A stretch of 64,000 nt of DNA from assembly GCA_041611735.1 (NCBI GenBank), contig JBFIML010000007.1, positions 32,001 through 96,000 on the forward strand, written 5' to 3'. The notes below the pieces were generated by a model, which was not told the DNA's origin, did not search any database, and was given only the letters and a program-made list of their open reading frames with translations. The position numbers were made by a program, and so were the translations under genes. Positions 27,176 to 38,285 of the stretch are shown here, one piece after another; within the stretch, counting starts at the first letter, position 1; each line of letters starts with the position of its first letter. This DNA is from Myxococcota bacterium. GTDB taxonomy: Bacteria > Myxococcota_A > UBA9160 > PR03.

Positions 27176-27853
27176 CTACAGCCAGGCGTAGGCGGCGCGC
27201 AGCGCCTCGCGGCCGCCGCTCTCGAGAACCTCGCCGTGGGTGAGGAGCACGCGGTCGAAGTCCCAGGCGAGCAGCCGGTCGATGGATCGGCGCAAGGCCG
27301 CGCGGTCGCGCACCAGGGAGCGCAGCATCCGGCTCGGCCCGAAGCGCTGGTAGGCGCCGTTCGCACGCAGGAAGAGCCGCGCGAGCAACGCGTCGGCGTG
27401 CTGGACGTTGAAGGCCAGGTCCGTGAGCACCAGCGTGCGCGTGGGCCGGTGCCAGAGCGCCACCTCGTTCAGGTACGGGATGCCCCGCACCAGGTGGGTC
27501 TCCAGCTCCCCCTTCCACTCCGGCGGCGGCTGGTCCTCGAGGAGGGCGTGGAAGGCCAGGTCGCTGCGCTTCTCCGGAAGCCCCGGGGCGCCCAGGCGTC
27601 GCGCGTCGGGATAACGCTCGGCCGCCTTCGCCAAGAACAGGTGGTGCACCCGGTTCGGCGCCACCAGGAAACGCACCGGGCCGAGGGCGTCCAGCCGTTG
27701 CCCGAGCTCCGCGTCCAGGGCCACGGGCGAGTGCAGCAGCAGGCCTCCGTCCGCCAGGCGCACCACGGTCATGCGCGTCCCGAGCGGGATGAAGCCGGCG
27801 GCCCGCAGGGTGCGCGTCTCGCTCCAGAGGCCCTGGCCGTGCTGGGTCCACAC
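27176..27853 (-). CDS. DUF4336 family protein (metallo-beta-lactamase-like)
   Basis: TRMTVVRLADGGLLLHSPV, APNRVHHLF, TLVLTDL, WDFDRVLLTHG. Confidence 0.85.
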   Translation of the reverse strand: MWTQHGQGLWSETRTLRAAGFIPLGTRMTVVRLADGGLLLHSPVALDAELGQRLDALGPVRFLVAPNRVHHLFLAKAAERYPDARRLGAPGLPEKRSDLAFHALLEDQPPPEWKGELETHLVRGIPYLNEVALWHRPTRTLVLTDLAFNVQHADALLARLFLRANGAYQRFGPSRMLRSLVRDRAALRRSIDRLLAWDFDRVLLTHGEVLESGGREALRAAYAWL

Positions 27854-27883
27854 GGCGGGAAGGCTCTCCGATCCGGAGGGCGA

Positions 27884-27947
27884 GCGTCAAGCGGGTCCGG
27901 CCCCGTCCCACCCGCGCTTGACGCCGCTTTCGAAGCCCCGTTAGCGT
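27884..27947. promoter_or_regulatory. Back-to-back sigma70-like promoters (inverted TTGACG boxes) for DUF4336 and RLP
   Basis: gcgtcaagcg (27884-27893) / cgcttgacgc (27915-27924) inverted repeat; plus strand TTGACG-18-TAGCGT lies 10 nt before the RLP GTG. Confidence 0.45.
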
Positions 27948-27957
27948 CTCGCTCGAA

Positions 27958-29094
27958 GTGACCGATTCCCCTCTGGAATCCGTGCGAGCGCGCTACCGCC
28001 TGGCGGTGGGCGCCGAGGCCGCCGCCGCCCGCGCCGAGGCGCTGCGCTACGAGCAGACGGTGGAGCTCCCGCCCGAGGCGGTGAGCGACCCCTTCGTGGA
28101 GAAGGAGATCCTGCCGCGAGTCGAGGCGCTCGGGCCGGCCGCCGGCGGGGGCTTCGAGCTGGTGCTGGCCTACCCGCCCGGCGTGGCCCGCGCCGAACCG
28201 GCGTCGCTCCTGGGAGTGCTGTTCGGGAACTGCTCGCTGCAGGACGACGTGTCGCTCACGGCCGTGGAGCTTCCGGAGCCCGTCTGCCGCGGCCTCGGCG
28301 GTCCGCGTCTCGGGAGCGCGGGCCTGCGGCGCCTGGCCGGCGTGCCAGAGGGCCCCCTCACCTGCACCGCGTTGAAGCCCGTGGGGCTCGCTCCGGACGC
28401 CCTGGCCGAACTCTGCGCGGTCTTCGCCCGGGCAGGGATCCACGTGGTGAAGGACGACAACGGCCTGGCGGACCACCCCTTCTGTCCCTTCGCCGAGCGG
28501 GTTCGCGCCTGCCAGGCGGCGGTCGAGCGCGTCGCCCGGGAGACGGGTCGCCGCACGCTGTACGCTCCCAACGTGACTGGGAGCCCCGCGGCCGTGGCCC
28601 GGCAGATCGACCTGGCCGGCGCGCTCGGCGTACGCGCCGTGATCCTCGAGCCCATGCTGGTGGGACTCCCGCTCCTGCACGAGCTGGCGCGAGGCGAACG
28701 CGAGCTCGCACTGCTGGCGCACCCGTCCTTCGCGGGCGCGCCGCGCATCGCCCCGGAGGTCCTGCTCGGCACCCTGTTCCGGGCCTGCGGAGCCGACGCC
28801 GTGATCTTTCCCCATGCCGGGGGCCGCTTCGCCCGCTTCGATCTTGCGACCTGCCGCCGCCTGGGCGACGCCCTGGTCGGCCCCACGGGCGGACTGCGCC
28901 CTGCCCTGCCGGTGCCGGGGGGCGGCATGGAGGTGGAGCGCGTGGAGGAGCTGCTGCGCTTCTACGGGCCCGACGTCATGCTGCTGGTGGGTGGGAGCCT
29001 GTACCGGGCGGGAGCGGCGCTCGGCGAGCGCACCCGGCGCTTCGTGGACGACGTCCGACGTGCGGCCCAGCGTCTGGCCCGGGAGGCGTCGTGA
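27958..29094 (+). CDS. RuBisCO-like protein (form IV, R. rubrum RLP type; probable methylthioribulose-1-P isomerase)
   Basis: EQTVELP, FGNCSL, CTALKPVGL, KDDNGLADH..PFAERV, YAPNVTG, AHPSFAG, GGRF, PVPGGGM, LLVGGSL. Confidence 0.88.
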   Translation: MTDSPLESVRARYRLAVGAEAAAARAEALRYEQTVELPPEAVSDPFVEKEILPRVEALGPAAGGGFELVLAYPPGVARAEPASLLGVLFGNCSLQDDVSLTAVELPEPVCRGLGGPRLGSAGLRRLAGVPEGPLTCTALKPVGLAPDALAELCAVFARAGIHVVKDDNGLADHPFCPFAERVRACQAAVERVARETGRRTLYAPNVTGSPAAVARQIDLAGALGVRAVILEPMLVGLPLLHELARGERELALLAHPSFAGAPRIAPEVLLGTLFRACGADAVIFPHAGGRFARFDLATCRRLGDALVGPTGGLRPALPVPGGGMEVERVEELLRFYGPDVMLLVGGSLYRAGAALGERTRRFVDDVRRAAQRLAREAS

Positions 29095-29534
29095 GGCCGC
29101 TCACCCGCCATCGCGGGGGCTTTCGCTGGGAGCACGTCCCCGTCCGGGCCTACAAGGGCGAGGGCACCCACTTCCGGGACGTGACCCGCCAGGTGCTCTT
29201 CGGGGCCGAGGCCGGCCTGGCCGGCGAGCTGCGTTACTTCGAGGTGGCGCCGGGCGGTCACACCACCCTCGAGCGGCATGCGCATCCCCATGCGGTGGTG
29301 GTGGTCCGCGGTCGGGGCCGCGTGCTGGTGGGCTGCGAGATCCACGACGTGGACCCGTACGATCTGGTCCACGTGCCGCCCCGAACCTGGCACCAGTTCC
29401 GGGCCGCCGACGACCAGGCGCTCGGCTTCCTCTGCCTGGTGGACGCTGCCCGCGACCGGCCCGAGCGCCCGGACGAGAAGCAGCTCGCGGCGCTGCGCCG
29501 CGAGCCGGTGCTGGCCGCGTTCCTGCGCGCCTAG
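29091..29534 (+). CDS. Cupin, probable methylthioxylulose-5-P methylsulfurylase
   Basis: AYK..GTHFRDVTRQVLF, ELRYFEVAPGGHTTLERHAHPH, TWHQFRA, GFLCLVD..RDRP. GTGA-coupled to the RLP. Confidence 0.8.
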   Translation: MRPLTRHRGGFRWEHVPVRAYKGEGTHFRDVTRQVLFGAEAGLAGELRYFEVAPGGHTTLERHAHPHAVVVVRGRGRVLVGCEIHDVDPYDLVHVPPRTWHQFRAADDQALGFLCLVDAARDRPERPDEKQLAALRREPVLAAFLRA

Positions 29535-29582
29535 GCCCCGGGAGCACCACGCGGGCAGCAGTCGGGGTCCATGAGATGGCCT

Positions 29583-30605
29583 CTAGCCGAGCACCCGGCC
29601 GAGGACGCGCTCCACCAGCGCCGCCCCCAGCCACGACCCCACGCCCAGCATCACGTAGAGCGTGAAGCGCAGCAGCGTGGACACGTCGAAGGGCCACTCG
29701 CGAACGTCCTCGACCAGCGAGCGGTAGGCGATCAGGTTGGCGAGGCGGGGGCTCTCGCGGCCCGGCGGCGCATCGAGCAGCCCCTCCCGGGCTTGCCGGA
29801 TGGCTTCCGTCACGCGCGCCAGCTCGGCGCGTTTCACCGCGCGGATGCGCCCGTGCACGCCGCGCACCGGGAGGATCAGGGCCGCCACCGCGACTGCCAG
29901 GAGCGGCAGCAGCCCGAGGGCGTTGCTCCAGTGGGACTCGGGCCCCAGCCAGAAGGCCGCCATGATCGCGAACCAGATCGCCCACAGGAGCACCAGGCGC
30001 AGCCCGAAGCGCACCAGGGGCTGGAGCGGCCGCAGATCCAGCAGATCGATCTCGACCCATCGCTCGCCCACGCTGGAGAGGGCGCGCGCCGCGTGCAGGT
30101 GCGCAGTGAGGGCGCGGCCCACCAGCCAGCCGAAGAGCACGAGCCAGAACACGGCCCCCGGCGGGTAGGGGACGAGCACGACCGGCGCCATCGAGAAGCC
30201 GAGCACGAGCATCGCGAGCACCCCGCCACATCCCGCCAGGCGCAGCCGGCTGCGACCGACCCGAAGCGGCCACGCCAGGGCGTCTTCGACCTCGGGCCCC
30301 TGCTCCGGGATGGCCGGTCGCAGCGCGCCGGCCTGCCGCTCCGCGGCGCGCAGCCCCAGGGCCGCCAGGGTGAGCGTGTAGCCGAGCATGGCGGCACGGA
30401 TGCCGACCTCGGTCCAGCTCCCCGGCCCCCAGCGTGGGAGCGCGGCGAGGTCGACTTCGGCGATCACCCGGAGCATGGCCAGCCAGCCGGCGACGAACCC
30501 CGCGGCCAGGGCGATCCCGAGCGCGGCGAGGCGGAGAGGATGGTCCCGGGCCACGCGGAAGGTCCAGACGCACGCCTCGGGCGCGACCGCCTCGACGGTC
30601 GTCAA
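29583..30605 (-). CDS. Hypothetical multi-pass membrane protein
   Basis: Several TM helices, EIDLLDLRPLQPL, VREWPFD. TTG start estimated. Confidence 0.7.
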   Translation of the reverse strand: MTTVEAVAPEACVWTFRVARDHPLRLAALGIALAAGFVAGWLAMLRVIAEVDLAALPRWGPGSWTEVGIRAAMLGYTLTLAALGLRAAERQAGALRPAIPEQGPEVEDALAWPLRVGRSRLRLAGCGGVLAMLVLGFSMAPVVLVPYPPGAVFWLVLFGWLVGRALTAHLHAARALSSVGERWVEIDLLDLRPLQPLVRFGLRLVLLWAIWFAIMAAFWLGPESHWSNALGLLPLLAVAVAALILPVRGVHGRIRAVKRAELARVTEAIRQAREGLLDAPPGRESPRLANLIAYRSLVEDVREWPFDVSTLLRFTLYVMLGVGSWLGAALVERVLGRVLG

Positions 30606-30742
30606 CCGGCTCGTGCCCCGCGCGCATCGCGCGTGTACCACCAGGCCCAGGCAACGAGGACCGCTTGGAACGGAAGCCGCACCCAGTTCCAGATCCCGAG
30701 TCCCTCCTGGGCGCCCAGCATGGGCAGGTCGTTCACCGCCAC
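30602..30742 (-). pseudogene. C-terminal remnant of a DoxX-like membrane protein (46 codons)
   Basis: VAVNDLPMLGAQEGLGIWNWVRLPFQAVLVAWAWWYTR; in-frame TGA TAG two codons upstream of the GTG; its stop overlaps the next TTG. Confidence 0.55.
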
Positions 30743-30761
30743 GTGAGCCTATCACCGCGGC

Positions 30762-30790
30762 TTGAGTGCCGAGCGGCGATCTCGTACGCT
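30762..30790 (+). promoter_or_regulatory. sigma70 promoter for TPP riboswitch-thiC (TTGAGT-17-TACGCT)
   Basis: Canonical spacing, directly upstream of the riboswitch P1. Confidence 0.6.
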
Positions 30791-30799
30791 CTGCCTCGT

Positions 30800-32756
<1,957 letters not shown>

Positions 32757-32763
32757 GTTCTGC

Positions 32764-33642
32764 CTAGATGCTCTCGCTCACGCCCGGCTCGAACAGCGGG
32801 CGCATGGCGAAGCGGGCCACGTCGGCCCGCAGGGCTGCCTCGGCGGGCGCCTCCGGCGGCGCGCTGGCGGCCTCCAGGGTGGCCAGCAGCAGGCTGGCGT
32901 CGCTCGAGCTGACGAGGAACACGCCGGGGCGAGCCAGCACGAAGTGCACGGCGCGGCGGATCGCCTGGGGATCGCGGAGCGGCTCGTACCAGCTGAAGCG
33001 ACGGGCGGGCTCCCCGGTCCAGCGCCGGCGGGCCACGGCCTTGATGGTCTGGACCGCGACGTCCCGCTCGCGGCACGTGGCCAGCAGGGCCTCGAAGTCC
33101 GCCCGGTAGGTGGGCTGTGCCAGCATCGGGTAGTTGCAGGGCAGCAGGACCGAGTCGAAGGGGAAGCGCTCGAGGCTGCGCCGGTGCATGGCCGCGACCC
33201 GGGTGCCGTGGCCCGTGACGCCCAGGAAGCGCACCAGCCCCTGCTCGCGGGCCTCCACCAGGGCCTCCAGGGCGCCCCCCGCTCCGAGGGCCGTCTGCCA
33301 GTCCGCCTCCTCCACCAGATTGTGGAGCTGGAGCAGGTCGATGCGGTCCACGCCGAGGCGTTCCAGGGAGCGGTGCAGGCTCTCGCGCGCGCCCCGACGA
33401 GTGCGCTCGCCGGTCTTGGTGGCCAGGAAGAAGCGCTTCCGGTGCGCCCGCAGCCAGGGCGCCAGGCGCAGCTCCGATTCGCCGTAGGCGGCGGCCGTGT
33501 CCAGGTGGTTCACGCCCTGCTCGAGCAGGAGCTCGAGCAGGGGGTCGGCCTTCTCCTGGCGCATGGCGGCGAGGGCCGCCGCGCCGAAGATCACCCGGGA
33601 GCTCCGGTGGCCGGTCCCGCCGAAGGGCTGGCGCTCGAGCAC
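32764..33642 (-). CDS. Aldo/keto reductase
   Basis: [45 protein letters not shown] 33642 with GGAGG 8 nt upstream. Confidence 0.9.
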   Translation of the reverse strand: MLERQPFGGTGHRSSRVIFGAAALAAMRQEKADPLLELLLEQGVNHLDTAAAYGESELRLAPWLRAHRKRFFLATKTGERTRRGARESLHRSLERLGVDRIDLLQLHNLVEEADWQTALGAGGALEALVEAREQGLVRFLGVTGHGTRVAAMHRRSLERFPFDSVLLPCNYPMLAQPTYRADFEALLATCRERDVAVQTIKAVARRRWTGEPARRFSWYEPLRDPQAIRRAVHFVLARPGVFLVSSSDASLLLATLEAASAPPEAPAEAALRADVARFAMRPLFEPGVSESI

Positions 33643-33650
33643 GGGCAGGA

Positions 33651-33686
33651 CCTCCGCGCCCGAGGATGACGCGTCGGGCGCGGAGG
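33651..33686. repeat. Perfect 13-bp inverted repeat covering the aldo/keto reductase RBS
   Basis: cctccgcgcccga (33651-33663) / tcgggcgcggagg (33674-33686), 10-nt loop. Confidence 0.8.
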
Positions 33687-33777
33687 AGCACCCACTTCCG
33701 GAGCCGGGGTCAGCGTGCACGGCAGGTTGTCCGCATCGCTTCCCACCCTGCGGGAGCTTCCGCAACAGCGGCTGCGC

Positions 33778-34107
33778 TCAGGGCTTCCGGCAGCGGTAGA
33801 CGTCGAAGACCTGGCGGCCCTCCACCCGGGGGCCGGCCGCCACCACCGTGTCGCCCCCCATGTCCGCCGCCTCGTTGCGGGCCAGGTTCTGGAGCTCCTG
33901 GCTCATCTTGCGTTCCGTGCGGGCGAAGATCACCACCCGGTCCGCCGTCTTCGAGGTGGTGCGTCCGAGCTTCTGGCACTCGGCCACCGCCGCCGGCCGC
34001 GCCACCCGCACGTCCTCCCCACCGCTGGTGAGCGGCACCCAGGTGCAGGCCAGCAGCGTCCCCGCCAGCAGCCCCGCAGCCCCGCAAAGAGGGCTCCTCC
34101 GATGCAT
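33778..34107 (-). CDS. DUF4156 family small lipoprotein
   Basis: LLAC lipobox, WVPLT..GEDVRV, CQKLG, LARNEAADMGGDTVV, YRC. Confidence 0.8.
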   Translation of the reverse strand: MHRRSPLCGAAGLLAGTLLACTWVPLTSGGEDVRVARPAAVAECQKLGRTTSKTADRVVIFARTERKMSQELQNLARNEAADMGGDTVVAAGPRVEGRQVFDVYRCRKP

Positions 34108-34272
34108 CGTCCTCCTCCCTTCGGCTGGGCGGCGAACTCGGGCGGGACTCCGGGCGCACCGGACCGTGCGCCCCGTGTTCCCGGGGCAAGGGTACCAGCG
34201 GGCACGGCCGCGCACCGCGGTGGAAGCAGCCGTCCCTGGCCCGGTCCGGGCGCTGGCCTAACCTCCGGCGCC

Positions 34273-34938
34273 GTGGCATCCCAGCCTTCTCCCCTGCCCC
34301 CCGCCCGCCTCGAGGTGCCGGGGGCCTCGGGGCCGGCGACCCGGCGCGGCCCCCTGCGGTGGCTCTACGCCTGGGTGCTCGGCTGGGCCGACACGCGCTA
34401 CGGCACGCCTGCCCTGGCCGGGATCTCCTTCGCCGAGAGCAGCGTCTTCCCGATCCCACCGGACGTGCTCCAGATCGCACTCTCCATGGCGCGACCGCGG
34501 CGGTCCTTCTTCTATGCAGCCGTGAGCAGCGTCGCCTCGACGCTGGGCGCCCTGGCCGGCTGGGCGATCGGCGCGGGCCTGTGGAGCGCGGCCTCCGGCC
34601 TGTTCTTCGTCTGGATGCCGGGCGTGACGCCGACGGCCTTCGCCCACGTCCAGGACCTGTATCGGGAGAACGCCTTCCTGGCCATCGTGACCGCCGCCTT
34701 CACGCCGATTCCGTTCAAGGTCTTCACCATCGCGTCGGGGGTGTTCGGCGTCACGCTGCCCACGCTCGTGTTCGCCTCGGCGCTCGGCCGCTCCGGGCGC
34801 TTCTTCGGCGTGGCCACCTGCATCTTCTGGTTCGGCCCGGGCGTAAAGCGACTCCTGGACCGCTACCTGGAAGTCGCGACCGTCGTCCTGCTGGGCATGG
34901 CGCTGGCGGGCTTCTGGCTCGTCCACCGGCTCGGCTGA
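34273..34938 (+). CDS. YqaA/DedA family membrane protein
   Basis: SFAESSVFPIPPDVL, FTPIPFKVFTI, GRSGRFF. Confidence 0.9.
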   Translation: MASQPSPLPPARLEVPGASGPATRRGPLRWLYAWVLGWADTRYGTPALAGISFAESSVFPIPPDVLQIALSMARPRRSFFYAAVSSVASTLGALAGWAIGAGLWSAASGLFFVWMPGVTPTAFAHVQDLYRENAFLAIVTAAFTPIPFKVFTIASGVFGVTLPTLVFASALGRSGRFFGVATCIFWFGPGVKRLLDRYLEVATVVLLGMALAGFWLVHRLG

Positions 34939-34940
34939 GC

Positions 34941-35330
34941 GTGGTCGTCGCACGCCCCGCCGCCCTGCTTCGGTCCGCAGGAAGGCGCCGCATCCTCGCG
35001 GCGGCGGCCCTCGCCCTGGCCTGCGCGGGCCCGCCTCCCCACTCCGAGCTCGCCTTCGTGACCACCCGGCCCCAGGCCGTGCGCGCCACGCTGCTGCGCC
35101 CGGGAGTCCAGGGCCGCTGGTGCTTCCACGTGGATCTGATCACGGCCTCGCTGCGCCCGCCCTGGCGGGCGCGGCTCGCGGACCACGGCATGGCGTTGCG
35201 ACGCGCCATCGAGAGCGTTCCGGGAGCCGACGTGCTGGTGAACGCTTCGGTGGACGTACGCGTGGAGCAGTACCTGCTGTTCCAGCGCATCTGCGCCGTG
35301 GTGAGCGGCGACGCGGGGCGTGTGGAATGA
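34941..35330 (+). CDS. Small probable lipoprotein (TRL-like motif pattern)
   Basis: ALALAC; VQGRWC...AIESVPGADVLVNAS...ICAVVSG. Confidence 0.65.
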   Translation: MVVARPAALLRSAGRRRILAAAALALACAGPPPHSELAFVTTRPQAVRATLLRPGVQGRWCFHVDLITASLRPPWRARLADHGMALRRAIESVPGADVLVNASVDVRVEQYLLFQRICAVVSGDAGRVE

Positions 35331-35635
35331 GGCGGCTCGCGGGCCTGGCGCTCCTGCTCCTGCTCGCCACGGGCTGCGCCACCTACCATCGCGGCCGCCT
35401 GGCCGCCGCGTCGTCCGTGGCCCTGCCAGTGGCGATGCGGGCGCTCGGCCCGAGCGTACGCGGGGTCTCGTGCGGCCAGTGGAGCGGCCGCCGCCTGCAA
35501 GCCGCGGTCGAGGACGCCTTGCGCCAGGCGTCCGGGGCCGACGCGCTCGTGGACGTCAGCTTCCACTTCGAGCGCCTCTGCCTGGTGGTGCGGGGAACGC
35601 CGGTCCAGCTGCCCGCGCCGGCCGAGGTGCGCTAG
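35327..35635 (+). CDS. Small probable lipoprotein, paralogue of the preceding gene
   Basis: LLATGC lipobox; VRGVSC...AVEDALRQASGADALVDVS...LCLVVRG. ATGA overlap. Confidence 0.7.
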   Translation: MRRLAGLALLLLLATGCATYHRGRLAAASSVALPVAMRALGPSVRGVSCGQWSGRRLQAAVEDALRQASGADALVDVSFHFERLCLVVRGTPVQLPAPAEVR

Positions 35636-35690
35636 CTCCCCGTCGCGACGGTCCGCGGGCTGCTAGTGTCCGGGATCCGGGAGCGCTGCC

Positions 35691-36467
35691 ATGTCCGCCC
35701 AGCACTTCTGCACCGCCGAGCGAGACGGCCGCCTGCTGACCGTCACGATCTGCCGCCCGGAGGTGCGCAACGCCCTGCATCCGCCCGCCCATCACGAGCT
35801 GGCCGCGGTCTTCGACGCCTTCGAGGCGGACGCAGACCTGTGGGTGGCCATCGTGACCGGCGCCGGCGAGGCCTTCTGCGCGGGACAGGACCTCAAGTGG
35901 CTGGCGGAAGGCGGCGCGCCGGAGGTTCCGCCGTCGGGCTTCGGCGGGCTCACCGCACGCTACGACCTGGTCAAGCCGGTGATCGCCGCCGTGGACGGCG
36001 TGGCCATGGGCGGGGGCTTCGAGATCGCCCTGGCCTGCGATCTCGTGGTGGCCTCCGAGCGGGCGCGCTTCGCACTGCCCGAACCCCGGGTGGGCCTGGC
36101 GGCCCTGGCCGGCGGGATCCACCGCCTGCCGCGCCAGATCCCGCTCAAGCACGCCATGGGCATGCTGCTCACCGGGCGCAGCGTGGACGCGGCCGAGGGT
36201 GTGCGCCTCGGCTTCGTGAACGAGGTCGTAGCCCCCGAGGAGCTGCTCCCCGCCGCGCGGCGCTGGGCGGAGGCGATCCTCGCCTGCGCGCCCCTGTCCG
36301 TGCGCGCCACCAAGCAGGCGGCGCTCGGCGGCCTCGACGCGCCCAGCCTGCGCGCCGCCCTGGAGGGTCACTACGAGCAGCTGCGGGCCATGGTGCGCAG
36401 CCGCGACTTCCGCGAGGGGCCGCGCGCCTTCGCCGCGAAGCGCAAGCCGAGCTGGGAGGGCCGCTGA
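35691..36467 (+). CDS. Enoyl-CoA hydratase/isomerase family protein
   Basis: [40 protein letters not shown]. Confidence 0.93.
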   Translation: MSAQHFCTAERDGRLLTVTICRPEVRNALHPPAHHELAAVFDAFEADADLWVAIVTGAGEAFCAGQDLKWLAEGGAPEVPPSGFGGLTARYDLVKPVIAAVDGVAMGGGFEIALACDLVVASERARFALPEPRVGLAALAGGIHRLPRQIPLKHAMGMLLTGRSVDAAEGVRLGFVNEVVAPEELLPAARRWAEAILACAPLSVRATKQAALGGLDAPSLRAALEGHYEQLRAMVRSRDFREGPRAFAAKRKPSWEGR

Positions 36468-36505
36468 GGCGACGTCGACGCCGGGGCCTCCGCCTGCGGC
36501 GGGCC

Positions 36506-37159
36506 GTGGCGGGCGTCGTCCTCGCGGCCGTCGCGCTGAGCGCGCTTCCCACCCTCGCCCTGCGCTGGCTCCCGCCCCCGGCCACCTCCTTCATGGTCCA
36601 GCGCGCCCTGGAGCGCCGCGAGCCGGTGCTCTACGCCTGGCGCGACTGGCCGGCGATCGCTCCGCCCCTGGGACTCGCCGTGGTGGCCGCCGAGGACCAG
36701 CGCTTCCCCGAGCACCGGGGCTTCGATTTGGTCTCCATCAGCGACGCCCTCGCGGAACGCGAAGCGGGCGGCCACGTGCGGGGCGCCAGCACCATCACCC
36801 AGCAGGTGGCCAAGAACCTCTATCTCTGGCCGGGACGGAGCTGGGTGCGCAAGGGGCTGGAGGCCTGGCTGACGCTCTGGATCGAGCTGCTCTGGCCGAA
36901 GCGCCGCATCCTCGAGGTCTACCTCAACGTGGCCGAGTTTGGCGACGGCGTCTTCGGCGCCGAGGCGGCGGCCCACACCTTCTTCGGCAAGCGCGCCGCG
37001 GAGCTGGGGCCGGACGAGGCCGCACTCCTGGCGGCGGTGCTCCCCAATCCGCACCGCCTGCACGCCGACCGCCCTTCGGACTACGTGCGGGGTCGGGCCG
37101 CCGAGATCCGGGGCGCCATGGAGCGCCTGGGCGGGCTCGCCTGGCTGCGAAACCTGTGA
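36506..37159 (+). CDS. mtgA: Monofunctional peptidoglycan transglycosylase
   Basis: [42 protein letters not shown]. Start uncertain. Confidence 0.92.
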   Translation: MAGVVLAAVALSALPTLALRWLPPPATSFMVQRALERREPVLYAWRDWPAIAPPLGLAVVAAEDQRFPEHRGFDLVSISDALAEREAGGHVRGASTITQQVAKNLYLWPGRSWVRKGLEAWLTLWIELLWPKRRILEVYLNVAEFGDGVFGAEAAAHTFFGKRAAELGPDEAALLAAVLPNPHRLHADRPSDYVRGRAAEIRGAMERLGGLAWLRNL

Positions 37160-37208
37160 GACGCTCTCGGCGCTCTCGGGCTACCTTGGGAAGGCGACGG
37201 AGGGAACC

Positions 37209-38213
37209 ATGTCCGACGTCCACCGCATCTTCGGCGCCGAGGTCTCACCCTACTCGGTGAAGGTCCGCTCCTACTTGCGCTACAAGGGGATCCCGCACCG
37301 GTGGATCGTGCGGAGCCTCGCCACCCAGGCGGAATTCCAGAAGTACGCGAAGCTCCCGCTCATCCCCCTGGTGGTGACGCCCGAGGAGCGGGGCCTGCAG
37401 GACTCGACGCCCATCCTCGAGACGCTCGAGGCGCGGCACCCGAAACCCGCGCTCCAGCCCGAGGACCCGACCCTCGCCTTCCTCTCGACGCTGCTGGAGG
37501 AGTTCGCCGACGAATGGGGCAACAAGTGGATGTTCCACTACCGCTGGGCGCGCAAGGTGGACCAGGACTCGGCCGCGGAGCGCATCGCCAAGACGATGGC
37601 GCCGGGCCTGGCGGGCGCGGAGCTGGCCAAGATGGCGGCGGGCGTGGCGCAGCGCATGGTGGAGCGGGTCTGGTTCGTGGGCTCGAGCGAAGCCACCGCC
37701 CCCCGGATCGAGGCCTCCTACCGGGAGGCGCTGGAGCTCCTGGAGAAGCACCTGGCCGCCCACCCCTATCTCTTCGGCCAGCGTCCGGCCCTGGCGGACT
37801 TCGGCCTGTCCGGTCAGCTCTTCTGCTGCTCCACGGACCCGACCCCGGGTCGCATCCTGCGCGAGCACGCGCCCTCGGTGGCCGCCTGGGTGGAGCGCAT
37901 GCTCTCGCCCGGCGCCGCCAACGGCTTCGCCACCTGGGAGAGCCTCGCCGCCACCCTGGAGCCCCTGCTGGCCCGCCAGGTGGGCCGCCTCTTCCTGCCC
38001 TGGTCCGATGCCAACGCCCGGGCCATCGCGGCGGGCCGGGAGGAGTTCAGCGTGACGCTCGATGGAGCGCCCTGGACGCAGAAGCCCCAGAAGTATCACG
38101 CCAAGTCCCTGGCGGAGCTGCGCCGGAAGTACGCGGCGGCAAGTCCCAACGCCGCCCTCGACGCGATCCTGGAGCGCACCGGCTGCCTGCGCTGGCTGCG
38201 TCCGGCCTCCTGA
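37209..38213 (+). CDS. Glutathione S-transferase family protein
   Basis: SPYSVKVRSYLRYKGIP, QDSTPI, YLFGQRPALADF. Confidence 0.88.
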   Translation: MSDVHRIFGAEVSPYSVKVRSYLRYKGIPHRWIVRSLATQAEFQKYAKLPLIPLVVTPEERGLQDSTPILETLEARHPKPALQPEDPTLAFLSTLLEEFADEWGNKWMFHYRWARKVDQDSAAERIAKTMAPGLAGAELAKMAAGVAQRMVERVWFVGSSEATAPRIEASYREALELLEKHLAAHPYLFGQRPALADFGLSGQLFCCSTDPTPGRILREHAPSVAAWVERMLSPGAANGFATWESLAATLEPLLARQVGRLFLPWSDANARAIAAGREEFSVTLDGAPWTQKPQKYHAKSLAELRRKYAAASPNAALDAILERTGCLRWLRPAS

Positions 38214-38285
38214 CCCTCGCTGCGTCCAGCGCGTGGTAGATTCTCGCGCTCGCGCCCCGTCCGGGGCCGGACCCGGAGGATCCGC

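Noticed and set aside
27958-29094. Bona fide CO2-fixing RuBisCO
   Set aside because: Short (378 aa), KDDN instead of KDDE, and no rbcS or prk nearby; fits a form IV RLP.
33690-33777. Cobalamin riboswitch suggested by GGGAAG...ACCTGCC on the minus strand
   Set aside because: The B12-box and core motifs are missing and the region is too short.
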